Source of the DNA: Kiritimatiellia bacterium
GTDB taxonomy: Bacteria > Verrucomicrobiota > Kiritimatiellia > RFP12 > UBA1067
Length of the DNA stretch: 64,000 bases
Direction: 5' to 3'
Assembly (NCBI GenBank): GCA_045536845.1
Contig: JAZSOG010000036.1
Span: forward strand, 6,899 to 70,898
Part shown: positions 7,785-17,400 of the stretch, one piece after another
How the letters are laid out: each line of letters starts with the position of its first letter
Numbering within the stretch: position 1 is the first letter of the stretch
Translations under genes and position numbers: made by a program
Notes under the pieces: model-generated
Told to the model about the DNA's origin: nothing
The model's database searches: none
The model's input: only the letters and a program-made list of their open reading frames with translations

Positions 7785-8759
7785 GTGACAAAAGTCTTCT
7801 GCAATATTGCGGACGGTCTGGTCGATCCGCTCTTTGAAGTGTTCGACAGTGGGGATTTCATTTTGTCCTCGTACCACGACATCGAAGAGTCGGACACGCA
7901 GATGCAGGTCTACCTCGCTGACCCCGCGCAAGCTGGCGAGGCGGCTCGTCGACTCCAGGAAGCGCTCGCGCTTGTCGGCTCCAACGCGCAAGTCGAGACC
8001 TCTGAAGTCCCTGATGAAGACTGGAAGCTTTCGTATCGCCGTCACTTCAAGATCGAACCAATCGGCCGTCGTCTCGTCACGGTTCCCACATGGGAGCTCG
8101 AGGGCTTTAAGGCATCGGGCGAATTCTCCGACAGGATTCCGCTTGTCCTCGATCCCGGAATGGCGTTCGGCACTGGCAAGCACGAGACGACTCGCGCCTG
8201 CCTCGAATACATCGACGAAATCGCGGAGAACGGGGGATTGGTAGGGGCGCCTCTCCGAGGCGACCGCACTTTGGGCTCTTTTTTGGACATGGGCAGCGGC
8301 AGCGGCATTCTCTCTATCGCCGCTGCGAAGCTTGGCTTTTCACCTGTCGCCGGTTTTGACATTGACGAGGACGCGGTCAATGCATCGCGCGAGAACGCAG
8401 CGCTGAATGGCGTTACCGTCGACTACCGTCTTTTTGCGCTCGGGAAGGGCGCGGTTACGCTTGACGAGTCGATCGAGGCGGCGAAGGGCGTTTATCCCGA
8501 TCTCGCGCTTCAGGGGCGCGATGTCGGTTCGGGTGAGGCGCCGTTTGCTCCGGCCGATTTCGTCGTTGCGAACATCCTTGGACCTCTTCTGATCGCATTT
8601 GCCGACGAGATTGCGGGCTACGCGAAGAAGACGCTGATTGTCTCGGGGATTCTCGAGGAACTCTATCCGGAGGTCCTCGCGGCGTTTCAGTCGCGCGGCT
8701 TCAGGGAGATTTCCCGTAAGACGATCGGCGAGTGGACTACCGGCCACCTTTCGCGCTGA
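7785..8759 (+). CDS. prmA: Ribosomal protein L11 methyltransferase
   Basis: Motifs are DPGMAFGTGKHETT and the SAM-binding DMGSGSGILSI. It has a GTG start. Confidence 0.85.
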   Translation: MTKVFCNIADGLVDPLFEVFDSGDFILSSYHDIEESDTQMQVYLADPAQAGEAARRLQEALALVGSNAQVETSEVPDEDWKLSYRRHFKIEPIGRRLVTVPTWELEGFKASGEFSDRIPLVLDPGMAFGTGKHETTRACLEYIDEIAENGGLVGAPLRGDRTLGSFLDMGSGSGILSIAAAKLGFSPVAGFDIDEDAVNASRENAALNGVTVDYRLFALGKGAVTLDESIEAAKGVYPDLALQGRDVGSGEAPFAPADFVVANILGPLLIAFADEIAGYAKKTLIVSGILEELYPEVLAAFQSRGFREISRKTIGEWTTGHLSR

Positions 8760-8814
8760 CGTTGCGAGCAGCATATCGCCGTCGCTCTTTCAAGTAGCGC
8801 GGATTGCGCGATTA

Positions 8815-8823
8815 TGGTATACT
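8815..8823 (+). promoter_or_regulatory. Extended -10 TGGTATACT upstream of nfo
   Basis: Read directly: attaTGGTATACTtc. Confidence 0.5.
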
Positions 8824-8883
8824 TCAAGAAGCAAGTAATGTTGATATGCGTCGCGTTATATAAATTTGAAGCCCTGCAAGCCA

Positions 8884-9756
8884 ATGAAAATAGGATGTCA
8901 TCTTAGCGCGTCGGGGGGCTATCTCGCCATGGGGCAGACGGCCGTCTCGATTGGCGCGAATGTATTTCAGTTCTTCACTCGCAATCCGCGCGGCGGCGCG
9001 GCGAAGCCGCTAGACAAGGGCGATGTCGCCGCTTTCCTCGATTTTGCCGCGGCGAACGGAATTGGCCCGATTCTCGCCCACGCGCCTTACACGCTGAACG
9101 CGGCAGGCGCCGAGCCGCGCGTAAGGGAGTTTGCCGAGGAGGTGATGTCAGACGACTTGGATCGCCTTGAACATACTCCGGGCGCGATGTACAACTTTCA
9201 TCCTGGCAGCCATGTCGGGCAGGGCGCTGAAGAGGGAATCAACCTCATATCTGGAATGGTCTCGCGCATTCTCCTTCGCTGGCTCGATGCACACGGCGGG
9301 AAACTTCCCTCCACGACAATACTCCTCGAAACCATGTCCGGAAAGGGCAGCGAGGTCGGCAGGGATTTTGCCGAGATCCGCGCGATCATCGACGCAACAG
9401 AGTCAAAGCTCCCCGCACGAGGCGACATTATCGGAGTCTGCCTCGATACATGCCATATCTGGGACGGTGGCTACGACATTGTGAACGACCTTGACGGTGT
9501 GCTCGCGGAGTTTGACAGGATCGTCGGGCTTGAGCGTCTCAAGGCGATTCACCTCAACGACTCAATGAATGTCCTTGCGGCGCACAAGGACCGCCACGAG
9601 AAAATCGGCAAGGGGAAAATCGGGCTTGATGCGCTTATGCGCGTTGTGAACCATCCGAAGCTGAAGGATTTGCCGTTCTATCTTGAGACACCGTGCGACC
9701 TGCAGGGCTACCGCGATGAAATCGCGCTCATCAAGAAACTAAGGAGTGGTTCATGA
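8884..9756 (+). CDS. nfo: Endonuclease IV
   Basis: ORF 8866 trimmed to ATG 8884 ([13 protein letters not shown]). Metal-site motifs are HAPY, LETM, CLDTCH and HLNDS. Confidence 0.85.
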   Translation: MKIGCHLSASGGYLAMGQTAVSIGANVFQFFTRNPRGGAAKPLDKGDVAAFLDFAAANGIGPILAHAPYTLNAAGAEPRVREFAEEVMSDDLDRLEHTPGAMYNFHPGSHVGQGAEEGINLISGMVSRILLRWLDAHGGKLPSTTILLETMSGKGSEVGRDFAEIRAIIDATESKLPARGDIIGVCLDTCHIWDGGYDIVNDLDGVLAEFDRIVGLERLKAIHLNDSMNVLAAHKDRHEKIGKGKIGLDALMRVVNHPKLKDLPFYLETPCDLQGYRDEIALIKKLRSGS

Positions 9757-10943
9757 TTTCAACGGTCTATATTGCGAAGAACGTCTATGGCGGCGACGGA
9801 CTCGGACGACTTGGTGACGGACGCGTTGTCTTCGTTCCAGGTGCATGGGCTGGCGAGCAGGTCAAGGCGGAGATCGTCGAGGAGAAGAAGCATTTCGTCA
9901 AGGCGCGTCTTGTCGAGGTCGTTGAAAAATCTCCCGACCGCGGCGAATGTGCCGCGGAGCGCGTTGTGCCCGGAATGGTCTACGCCAATCTCTCCTACGA
10001 TGGGGAGCTTAAGGCGAAGGAGAGCCAGCTTAAGGAGTTCCTCGAACGCGCTCGCATTGAAGTGCCTGAATTCGTTTCTGCGAAGGGCGGCTCCGAGTTC
10101 AACTATCGCAACAAGGTCGTATACCACTTTGCGAAATACGGCAATGCCTGGCGCATTGGTTACCGCACCGAGCCGTCGCACGAAATCGTAGATGTCGCAG
10201 ACGATCCTCTTGCGCGTCCTGAGATCAACGCGAAGCTCGGCGAGATACGTCGAGCCGTTACGACGCTGTTGACGACGGGCCCGATTCAGGTGCGCAAGGA
10301 CACCGAGCGCAAGGGAAGCGTGACAGTTCGCTGGACGAAGAAGAGCGGCGTCAAGTGGTGGATAGGCGACGCTCCGAAGGACTTAGTTCTGAAGGAGACG
10401 ACTTGCGGGCTCGACTTCGAAGTTCCCGCAGACGGGTTCTACCAGGTGAACACGGATGTCGGAGAGGAACTTGCCAAGGCGGTCGTGGCCGAATACAAGA
10501 AGGGCGCGGCTGAAGCGCCGGAAGTCCTTGACCTCTACTGCGGCGTCGGCGTTCTGGGGCTTTGCTGCAAGCCGCCACGGCTGACGGGCATAGAGTCCGG
10601 GCGTCAGGCGATAGAGTTTGCGAAGCGTAACGCCACCGCGCAAAAAGCGACGGACGCTCGGTTCTTTTCCGAGCAGGTCGGGCGCAACGTCGGCCGCATA
10701 AAGATTGGTCCGAAGACGACAGTGATCGTCGATCCGCCGCGAGGCGGGCTCGAGCCGAATGTCCCGAAGTGGCTTGCCGCGTCGAATGCGCCGCGCATCC
10801 TATATGTCTCGTGCGATCCTGCGACGATGACGCGCGACCTCAGGACGCTTTTGCGCTCCTACTCAGTCGAGTCGGTCCGCTGGTTCAACATGTTCCCGCG
10901 CACCGCCCGCTTCGAGACGCTCGTCACGCTAAGAAAATCGTAG
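9753..10943 (+). CDS. Class I SAM-dependent RNA (uracil-5-)-methyltransferase, TrmA/RumA family with TRAM-like N-terminus
   Basis: Motifs are FYQVN, DLYCGVG, DPPRGG and YVSCDP. The ATG overlaps the nfo stop. Confidence 0.8.
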   Translation: MISTVYIAKNVYGGDGLGRLGDGRVVFVPGAWAGEQVKAEIVEEKKHFVKARLVEVVEKSPDRGECAAERVVPGMVYANLSYDGELKAKESQLKEFLERARIEVPEFVSAKGGSEFNYRNKVVYHFAKYGNAWRIGYRTEPSHEIVDVADDPLARPEINAKLGEIRRAVTTLLTTGPIQVRKDTERKGSVTVRWTKKSGVKWWIGDAPKDLVLKETTCGLDFEVPADGFYQVNTDVGEELAKAVVAEYKKGAAEAPEVLDLYCGVGVLGLCCKPPRLTGIESGRQAIEFAKRNATAQKATDARFFSEQVGRNVGRIKIGPKTTVIVDPPRGGLEPNVPKWLAASNAPRILYVSCDPATMTRDLRTLLRSYSVESVRWFNMFPRTARFETLVTLRKS

Positions 10944-10952
10944 GTTTCGGCA

Positions 10953-12008
10953 TCAGCCCTTGAAGAAGCCCTTGAAGGCGCTGGCCATGTCGGGGCCCTC
11001 GGTTTCCCTGTCCTTGCTCGCCGCCTTGAATAGCTCCGCGCATTTCCCGCAGTTGGTGCAGTTGTCGGCGTTGGCGCAGTCCCGCACCTGGGGCCAAAGT
11101 GGCGATGCTCCAAGCGACTTGTTGTCGATGTACTTCGGGAACCGGTAGAAGGGGTCCATTATCTCGGCGAGATCGCCGTCGTATGAGCACGAGGCGTATG
11201 CGGCGATGATCTTGTCAGGATGTGGATGTCGCCTTGTCGCCAGCTTTACGACGCCGACGTATGGTTCATAGAGCGGCAAGTCTTCGGGACGAATCCATAT
11301 TCCCCGCATGAACTCCTCGTATCCGCCGCGCTCGAACACCGTGCGGCACAGGAAATTCGTGAAGCCGAATTTCTCCGCTGCCGCGGACTGCCCGACGCGG
11401 TTGTGCCCATGCAAGTTGTTGTGAAAGGTGTGGAACGGGCAGTTGCGCAGGCACCCTGGATTTGCCTGCATGCCCATCATCTTTCCGTGCGCTTTCGCCC
11501 AGGCCGACATTTCCTTTATGTAGTCGAGCCGCCTATGCGCGTTGCGGCCTGCGTAGAACGAGTCGAACAGATCCTCGACATAGCCGAGCGCGCCGGTCGT
11601 GGCGATGTCCATGTTGATGCTGAACCTGATCTTCAGGGAAGGGAATCGGGTCCTGACCACTTTTGCGATAAACGGCGAGGTCGTGGTCAGGTGGTTTGGG
11701 AAGAGGCCCTTGGAATCCATCTCGTTCAGCTTCTCCGTCACGAGATCTGCCAGAGTCTCCGTCATCGAGATGTCGCCGTAGCAGTTTGCGTTGAAGATGG
11801 TGTCCAGCTCGATTCCATTCTCTTTTGCCCACCGCAGGTCTGCGACAATCCTTTCGCGGCGCTCGTCCGTCCAGACGTCCATCGGCCTTGAAGCGGTCAC
11901 GCCCGGCCATGCGAAGAAGACCTCCTTGATCCTTTCTACGTATGGTGCGCAGACATCTTGGAACGGCTTGTTGTCGAACCATCCTACCGCAAGTTTTCGA
12001 TTAGACAT
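10953..12008 (-). CDS. Hypothetical protein with C-terminal Cys cluster (CANADNCTNCGKC)
   Basis: A long ORF with coding-like composition. It is trimmed to ATG 12008 (MSNRKLAVGW), preceded by GGAGG at 8-nt spacing. I recognise no family; a U32-peptidase or TIM-barrel-like fold is only a guess. Confidence 0.6.
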   Translation of the reverse strand: MSNRKLAVGWFDNKPFQDVCAPYVERIKEVFFAWPGVTASRPMDVWTDERRERIVADLRWAKENGIELDTIFNANCYGDISMTETLADLVTEKLNEMDSKGLFPNHLTTTSPFIAKVVRTRFPSLKIRFSINMDIATTGALGYVEDLFDSFYAGRNAHRRLDYIKEMSAWAKAHGKMMGMQANPGCLRNCPFHTFHNNLHGHNRVGQSAAAEKFGFTNFLCRTVFERGGYEEFMRGIWIRPEDLPLYEPYVGVVKLATRRHPHPDKIIAAYASCSYDGDLAEIMDPFYRFPKYIDNKSLGASPLWPQVRDCANADNCTNCGKCAELFKAASKDRETEGPDMASAFKGFFKG

Positions 12009-12083
12009 TGTGTATACCTCCAAAGTCTTTAACGCCGTGGTAGATAGCGGGGTTCATATGTCGCTTGGTCGGATTGAAGGGCT

Positions 12084-12629
12084 TTATTCAGGAACGACGA
12101 AAAGAAGGACGAGATTTGTTATGTTGAAGAGGGCGTGATTCAGCATTGGGCACCAGATGTGGTCGGTCTTCCTGTATAGCCAGCACTGCGCAAGACCGAA
12201 TAAAAAGAGCGCGAGGAACGCCGCGTTCCATCCAATCAAGGCGAAGCCGCATCCTTTGATCAGAGAGACATAGTCGATGTAGTGTGCAAACGAGAACAAG
12301 GCCGAGGAGAAAACCGCAAGCGGGACAATCGCCGACATGGCGGTCAAGCCAAGACGCCTCGTCGGCATCCTGACGAGAAACCACCGAAAGATGAATTCCT
12401 CGGCGACCGGCATTACGATGATCACCTGCAACAGTCCGAGGCACAGCACTGAAAAGTTCTGGGCGGAGTCGAGCGCATGCGCGAACATGTTGCGGACTGC
12501 CTCGACCTGATGCTGGTCGGGGAGATCAATGCCGAAGAGCTTTGCGACGCCTTGCGTCAGAAAGCACAGGCCGATGGTCGCAGCTGCGATCACCGGCCAT
12601 GCCTTGAGTGTGAACTTTAGCCTGTTCAC
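12084..12629 (-). CDS. CPBP family intramembrane glutamic endopeptidase (CAAX protease-like)
   Basis: A multi-TM protein with the CPBP motifs [13 protein letters not shown] and HALFN. Confidence 0.75.
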   Translation of the reverse strand: MNRLKFTLKAWPVIAAATIGLCFLTQGVAKLFGIDLPDQHQVEAVRNMFAHALDSAQNFSVLCLGLLQVIIVMPVAEEFIFRWFLVRMPTRRLGLTAMSAIVPLAVFSSALFSFAHYIDYVSLIKGCGFALIGWNAAFLALFLFGLAQCWLYRKTDHIWCPMLNHALFNITNLVLLFVVPE

Positions 12630-14431
12630 GCCTTCTGCTCGACTTCTGAGCCAGTTCCGCGTATCTTGATGTGGAGCTCGCGGAGCTGCTGCTCTGTCAC
12701 GTAGTTGGGCGCGCCCATGAGGAGGTCCTGCGCCTTCTGGTTCATCGGGAAGGCGATGATCTCGCGGATGTTGGGCGTGTCGGTGAGGAGCATGACCATG
12801 CGGTCAACGCCGGGGGCGATTCCGCCGTGCGGCGGTGCGCCGAACTGGAACGCGCGGTGGAGCGCGCCGAACTTCTTCACTACGTCGTCCTTCGTGTAGC
12901 CCGCGATCTCGAATGCCTTGTACATCACCTCGACCTGGTGGTTGCGGATCGCGCCCGAGGAGAGCTCGATGCCGTTGCAGACGACGTCGTACTGGTACGC
13001 CTCGATGGAAAGCGGGTCCTTGGTGTTAAGCGCCTCGAGTCCGCCCTGCGGCATCGAGAAGGGGTTGTGCGAGAAGATGATCTTGCCGGTCTCGGGGTCC
13101 TTCTCGAAGAACGGGAAGTCGACGATCCAGCAGAAGCGGTAGACGTTGTGCTCGCGGATATCGTTCGTCATGTGGTCCGCGATGTCGGTGCGCACCAGCC
13201 CCGAGAGGCGGTTGCACTCGTCGACGTCGGCGGCCATGAAGAAAAGCGCGTCGGTCGGCTCCATGCCGGAGATCTTCTTCATCTCCTCGAGCTGGTCGGC
13301 GGAGAGGAACTTCGCGATGGGTCCTTTAAGCTCGCCTTCCTTGGTCCAGCTGATGTAGCCGAGTCCCTTGCCGCCGTTCTCCTTGACGAACGCCTCGCGC
13401 TTGTCGAACCAAGTCCTGGTCTCAACGCCGACGATGCCCTTGACGAGAAGTCCCTTGACGAGACCGCCGTTTTTGACGCATGCCGCAAACGCCTTGAAGT
13501 CGGCCTTCGCGAAGAAGTCGGACATGTCGATCCACTTGAGCGGATTGCGGAGGTCGGGCTTGTCGGAGCCGTACGTCATCATCGCGTCGCGGTACTTGAT
13601 ACGCGGCCACGGCGCCTCGGTGCACTCCCAGGTCGAGAACTTCTTGAAGGTCTTCCCGACGACATCCTCGACGACGGCGAAGATCTCGTCCTGCGTCGCG
13701 TAGGACATCTCGATGTCCATCTGGTAGAACTCGCCGGGGCTGCGGTCGGCGCGCGCGGCCTCGTCGCGGAAGCACGGCGCAATCTGGAAATACTTGTCGA
13801 AGCCCGAGACCATCAGGAGCTGCTTGAACATCTGCGGCGCCTGCGGAAGGGCGTAGAACATGCCGCGGTGGATGCGGCTCGGCACGAGGTAGTCGCGCGC
13901 GCCTTCGGGCGACGAGGCCGTGAGGATCGGCGTCTGGAACTCGTGGAATCCCTTTTCCCACATCTGCTCGCGAAGGAAGCGGATGACTTCCGAACGGAGA
14001 ATGATGTTCTTGTGGAGCTTCTCGCGGCGAAGGTCGAGGAAGCGGTACTGGAGTCGGACATCCTCGCTCTCGTCGGCTTTCTCGTCGGGAATGTAGAGAG
14101 GCGTCACCTGCGAGGCCGACTCCATCACGAGCTCGTTCGCCTCGATTTCGATTTCGCCAGTGGGAAGCTCGGGGTTGATCGTGTCGGGAGTCCTGAGCTT
14201 CACCTCGCCCGTCACGGTGATGACCGATTCAAGGTGAGCCTTTTCAACGAGACCGAAGAAGCTACGAGAGGGGTGCACGACGATCTGCGTGAGGCCGTAG
14301 TGGTCGCGGAGGTCCACGAAGAGGATTCCGCCGTGGTCACGGAGGCGGAACATCCAGCCGGAAAGTCTGACAGTCTTGCCCGCGTCGGAGGCGCGGAGCT
14401 CGTTGCATGTGTGTGTACGATAGGGATGCAT
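12626..14431 (-). CDS. aspS: Aspartate--tRNA ligase
   Basis: It has class II aaRS motifs ([19 protein letters not shown]) and an OB-fold N-terminus ([19 protein letters not shown]). ATG 14431 is preceded by AGGAG; the listed ORF starts one codon earlier at TTG 14434. Confidence 0.95.
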   Translation of the reverse strand: MHPYRTHTCNELRASDAGKTVRLSGWMFRLRDHGGILFVDLRDHYGLTQIVVHPSRSFFGLVEKAHLESVITVTGEVKLRTPDTINPELPTGEIEIEANELVMESASQVTPLYIPDEKADESEDVRLQYRFLDLRREKLHKNIILRSEVIRFLREQMWEKGFHEFQTPILTASSPEGARDYLVPSRIHRGMFYALPQAPQMFKQLLMVSGFDKYFQIAPCFRDEAARADRSPGEFYQMDIEMSYATQDEIFAVVEDVVGKTFKKFSTWECTEAPWPRIKYRDAMMTYGSDKPDLRNPLKWIDMSDFFAKADFKAFAACVKNGGLVKGLLVKGIVGVETRTWFDKREAFVKENGGKGLGYISWTKEGELKGPIAKFLSADQLEEMKKISGMEPTDALFFMAADVDECNRLSGLVRTDIADHMTNDIREHNVYRFCWIVDFPFFEKDPETGKIIFSHNPFSMPQGGLEALNTKDPLSIEAYQYDVVCNGIELSSGAIRNHQVEVMYKAFEIAGYTKDDVVKKFGALHRAFQFGAPPHGGIAPGVDRMVMLLTDTPNIREIIAFPMNQKAQDLLMGAPNYVTEQQLRELHIKIRGTGSEVEQKA

Positions 14432-14456
14432 CAATTTTCTCCTGAAAAATTGCCGT

Positions 14457-14465
14457 ATTATACCA
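14457..14465 (-). promoter_or_regulatory. Extended -10 TGGTATAAT for aspS
   Basis: The plus strand reads attatacca. Confidence 0.65.
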
Positions 14466-14554
14466 TAAATCGGCGCATCGTGCCGAGACGGCTACGCAAT
14501 TTTTCGGAGCGAAGGCCCGTTTTGACAATGCATTGATACAGGCAGTGCAAAATA

Positions 14555-14563
14555 TGGTATAAT
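14555..14563 (+). promoter_or_regulatory. Extended -10 TGGTATAAT for the kinase-ECF operon
   Basis: Read directly: aataTGGTATAATtcac, about 29 nt before ATG 14592. Confidence 0.65.
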
Positions 14564-14591
14564 TCACGTCATCAGCAAGTGGCATGGTAGA

Positions 14592-15614
14592 ATGGATCTG
14601 GCACCCGGACAGTTGATCGGAACTTATCGAATCATTCGCCTTCTCGGTCAAGGCGGAATGGGTGCCGTTTACGAGGTCGAGCACACGCAGCTCGGCGTTC
14701 ACTACGCGCTGAAGACCTTCACGCTTGAGGACGGGCACGTCGATCTGCTGAAAAACAAGTTCCTGACCGAAGGAAAAGTACTTGCGCGCCTTCATGACCC
14801 GCATCTCGTGCGGGTCTTCGACCTCAACTTCGACGAAGCGACTGGCATGCCGTATTTCGTGATGGATCTTGTTTTGTCCGAGGACGGCAGCCCGCGCACG
14901 CTCTTGGACGTCAAGACGGAGGAACTCGACGAGGACTGTGTCTTTGAATGGTTCGCGGATCTTGCCTCCGCCATCGACTACATTCACGCGCAGGGCATCG
15001 TCCATCGCGATGTCAAGCTGGGTAATGTCCTCCTTTCTTCGGATGGGCATGTCGTTCTTTCTGATTTCGGCATTTCACGCATTTTCTCGGAACGTCTTCG
15101 CTCCGACGTCAATGCCGTCAACACAATGGTGTCGGAGGCTGTGACGGGCGCTCGCCTCGTGATGGGGACGCAGGGCTATATGGCGCCCGAAGTCGTCTGG
15201 GGCGGAGAGGCGACGCCTGCGTCGGACTCGTATTCGCTGGGTGTCATGTTCGTCTATTTGCTGACGGGAATCTGGTATACGCCTGCTTCCAAGGTGCTTA
15301 AGTTGCTGGAGGCGCTTGAATATCGTTGGATCGACGTTCTGCCGCGCCTCCTGTCCGTAAATCCGGCGGAGCGTCCGACGAATCTCTCGGAACTCGTCGA
15401 AACGTTGCGGAGCGCTTCTGTCGCCGAGCCGGAGAAGGCGGAGGAGCCGTCGCGTCGGAAGCGCCGCGGTCTTTTCGCGCTTGGGGGGGCTGCCGCTGTC
15501 GTTGTTGCAGCTATCGGTTATTTTGTGTTCTCCCAACGATCTGCAACTGCCGCAATCGATGACTTTGACGCGGCGTTCAGCGCCAGCGGCATTTACGAGG
15601 GGGCTCGGAGGTGA
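14592..15614 (+). CDS. Hanks-type Ser/Thr protein kinase with a single C-terminal TM helix and a very short external tail
   Basis: It has the Gly-loop GQGGMGAVY, the catalytic loop HRDVKLGNVLL, the DFG motif and GTQGYMAPE. The TM helix is GLFALGGAAAVVVAAIGYFVF, followed by about 27 aa. Confidence 0.85.
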   Translation: MDLAPGQLIGTYRIIRLLGQGGMGAVYEVEHTQLGVHYALKTFTLEDGHVDLLKNKFLTEGKVLARLHDPHLVRVFDLNFDEATGMPYFVMDLVLSEDGSPRTLLDVKTEELDEDCVFEWFADLASAIDYIHAQGIVHRDVKLGNVLLSSDGHVVLSDFGISRIFSERLRSDVNAVNTMVSEAVTGARLVMGTQGYMAPEVVWGGEATPASDSYSLGVMFVYLLTGIWYTPASKVLKLLEALEYRWIDVLPRLLSVNPAERPTNLSELVETLRSASVAEPEKAEEPSRRKRRGLFALGGAAAVVVAAIGYFVFSQRSATAAIDDFDAAFSASGIYEGARR

Positions 15615-16210
15615 GTTTCTTTCCTCCGACGTCTATGACCTTGCTTCAGAAACTGGCCGTCGAGGTGACGGGCGGGAATGAGGCTTCGTGGGTGCGCTTC
15701 TTCAATCTCTATACACCGGCCATTCGCCGGTTTGTGGAGTGGAACGACCATGTACACGACCCGGACGATGTCGTTCAGGAGGTATACCTCAAGCTTGTCG
15801 AGATTATTCGTTCGGGGAAGTACGATGCCGACAAGGCGCGGTTTCGGACTTTTCTCTCGCTCCTGATACGCCGTCAGCTGATTACGCTCTACCGTCAGGA
15901 CCAGGCGCGGCATGCCGCTGACCGCTGCTCGATCGACGATTTGACGGAAGAATTATCCGTTCCTTCTGAACAACAGGACCATGTCGACCTGAGCTGGGCT
16001 AAGGCAAAGCACGAGGCTGCGGTCGAACATGTCCTCACAAAAGTGGCGATGAAGCAGCAGTCGCGCGAGATTTACCGCGCTTATGTGCTTGAAAATCGCC
16101 CAGTAGACGAGGTTTCTGCGGCTTTCGGCGTTACGCCAGAGATCATCTACAAGGTCAAGAACCGTGTAAACAAGATGATCGAAGCGGTCGAAATGGAATA
16201 CGCAGAATAA
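15611..16210 (+). CDS. ECF (group IV) sigma-70 family sigma factor
   Basis: GTG 15611 overlaps the kinase stop (GTGA). It has region 2 DPDDVVQEVYLKLV and a region 4 HTH (VDEVSAAFGVTPEIIYKVKNR). The N-terminal TSMTLLQKL is typical of PVC ECFs. Confidence 0.8.
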   Translation: MSFFPPTSMTLLQKLAVEVTGGNEASWVRFFNLYTPAIRRFVEWNDHVHDPDDVVQEVYLKLVEIIRSGKYDADKARFRTFLSLLIRRQLITLYRQDQARHAADRCSIDDLTEELSVPSEQQDHVDLSWAKAKHEAAVEHVLTKVAMKQQSREIYRAYVLENRPVDEVSAAFGVTPEIIYKVKNRVNKMIEAVEMEYAE

Positions 16211-16287
16211 AATCTTGTTTTTCTCGCGGGAGATTTGTCCGCGCCGTGCGTATAGTGCTTGTGAACGCAACAATCGTTCACAAGGAG
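16211..16287 (+). promoter_or_regulatory. Copy 1 of a duplicated ~77-bp promoter/operator-hairpin element
   Basis: It is nearly identical to 19231-19306. It contains GCGGGAGATTTGTC, CGTATAGTG (16249-16257) and a perfect 10-bp inverted repeat CTTGTGAACG-caacaat-CGTTCACAAG (16258-16284), whose 3' arm runs into the AAGGAG ribosome-binding site of ATG 16294. Confidence 0.75.
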
Positions 16288-16293
16288 AAAACA

Positions 16294-17301
16294 ATGAAAA
16301 TGACAGTGATATCCATTACGAAATCTTGGTTTTGCGCTACGGGGGTAGCCATAATCGCAAGTTATTGCATCCTTACCCATAATGGCACGGTAAACGGCAA
16401 AAGCAAGGCAGAACAAGTAGCTTCCCGCATTTGCAAGGATGGGACAACCTCTGAGTACAAGTCCAAGAACAGGCATTCGTCAGCCGTCAAGAAGACGACA
16501 AAGGCGAAGGTTGAGAAGGAGATCAAGATTCCGAAATATGTTCCGAATCCGATTTACACTCCGTTCACGAACGCGGTGAACAAGCTGACGGAAGAGATGG
16601 CCGGCATCGCGAAAGGCGGAGAAGTACGGCTCAAAAATGGTTTTTCCCTGCTGAACAAGAACGGCAAGCCGACCATCGTTTTTCGCGAGGCATACACGAA
16701 TGTCTGCGTTGGCGGCGTGGCAATGGGCGATGTGTTCAAGGGTGGCAACTTTCTGGTTCGTCGGACAAAGATCGACGACACGGATCAAGAAATGATTGAC
16801 GAAGTCTCTCTCTGTGGGTACAAGCGCCTTGACGAGCCGGAGTTCTACTGCACGGAAGTTACATATTCGGTGCTTCCCTCGACTAAGCAGGTTGTCTCCA
16901 TTCGTATGACTGGTGACCTCAGCGTCAGAAAGACGTCCAATGCGGACAGGATGATCAGGGAGATCAAACAGTGGATGAAGGAGGATTACGGTGCGGTCGA
17001 TCTGCACGTTGATGTTCCGGACCGGATGATCGCCCTTAAGAAGTTCAAGATCGGGAAGGGGATGTATGCGGAAGTCGCGGTCACATGGAAGAAACAGCGT
17101 ATGTCCGATGGAAGCGATGCTCGTATCGAAATCAATTTTACGACGAGCGAACTGGAAGAGGACAGCTTGTTTGAGCACCAGGCGCTGGGTGCGGCGGCGG
17201 ACGAGGCACGAGTCGACGAGCTCAACAAGTCCGGCGTCAACTACTTCACCGTTCGCCCCAAGGTCAAGGAGGACGATGTCAAGCGGAAGGTGGTGCGCTA
17301 A
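16294..17301 (+). CDS. Hypothetical membrane-anchored/exported protein
   Basis: ORF 16246 trimmed to ATG 16294 (ribosome-binding site AAGGAG). It has an N-terminal hydrophobic helix (WFCATGVAIIASYCIL) and visibly lower GC. I recognise no domain. Confidence 0.6.
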   Translation: MKMTVISITKSWFCATGVAIIASYCILTHNGTVNGKSKAEQVASRICKDGTTSEYKSKNRHSSAVKKTTKAKVEKEIKIPKYVPNPIYTPFTNAVNKLTEEMAGIAKGGEVRLKNGFSLLNKNGKPTIVFREAYTNVCVGGVAMGDVFKGGNFLVRRTKIDDTDQEMIDEVSLCGYKRLDEPEFYCTEVTYSVLPSTKQVVSIRMTGDLSVRKTSNADRMIREIKQWMKEDYGAVDLHVDVPDRMIALKKFKIGKGMYAEVAVTWKKQRMSDGSDARIEINFTTSELEEDSLFEHQALGAAADEARVDELNKSGVNYFTVRPKVKEDDVKRKVVR

Positions 17302-17345
17302 TGCTGAATGTCCATGTGCCTAAGTTGCGACTTCGCCACATTATT

Positions 17346-17354
17346 TGGTACAAT
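17346..17354 (+). promoter_or_regulatory. Extended -10 TGGTACAAT upstream of the FGE-domain gene
   Basis: Read directly: tatTTGGTACAATatt. The GGGAGGG ribosome-binding site precedes ATG 17401. Confidence 0.55.
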
Positions 17355-17400
17355 ATTTGCATCAAAGGTTAATTCATAATAATGCAGGGAGGGTCAAAAT

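Noticed and set aside
14522-14527. TTGACA at 14522 as the -35 box of the kinase promoter.
   Set aside because: It lies 30 nt from the TATAAT box, which is too far. The promoter is better explained as an extended -10 without a -35.
12671-14536. Very long antisense ORFs opposite well-supported genes. Examples are 12671..14536 (vs aspS), 5484..6800 (vs MFS), 41476..43275 (vs the Na/Pi transporter), 56725..58674 and 55690..56715 (vs jetC), 53221..54291 (vs jetA), 29942..31033 (vs lepA), 45542..46693 (vs HK), 47148..48140 (vs thiG), 59891..61045 (vs thiH) and 61254..62513 (vs thiC).
   Set aside because: These are typical high-GC artefacts. Their translations are Arg/Ala/Pro/Gly-rich low-complexity strings with no motifs, while the opposite strand encodes proteins with clear family signatures.
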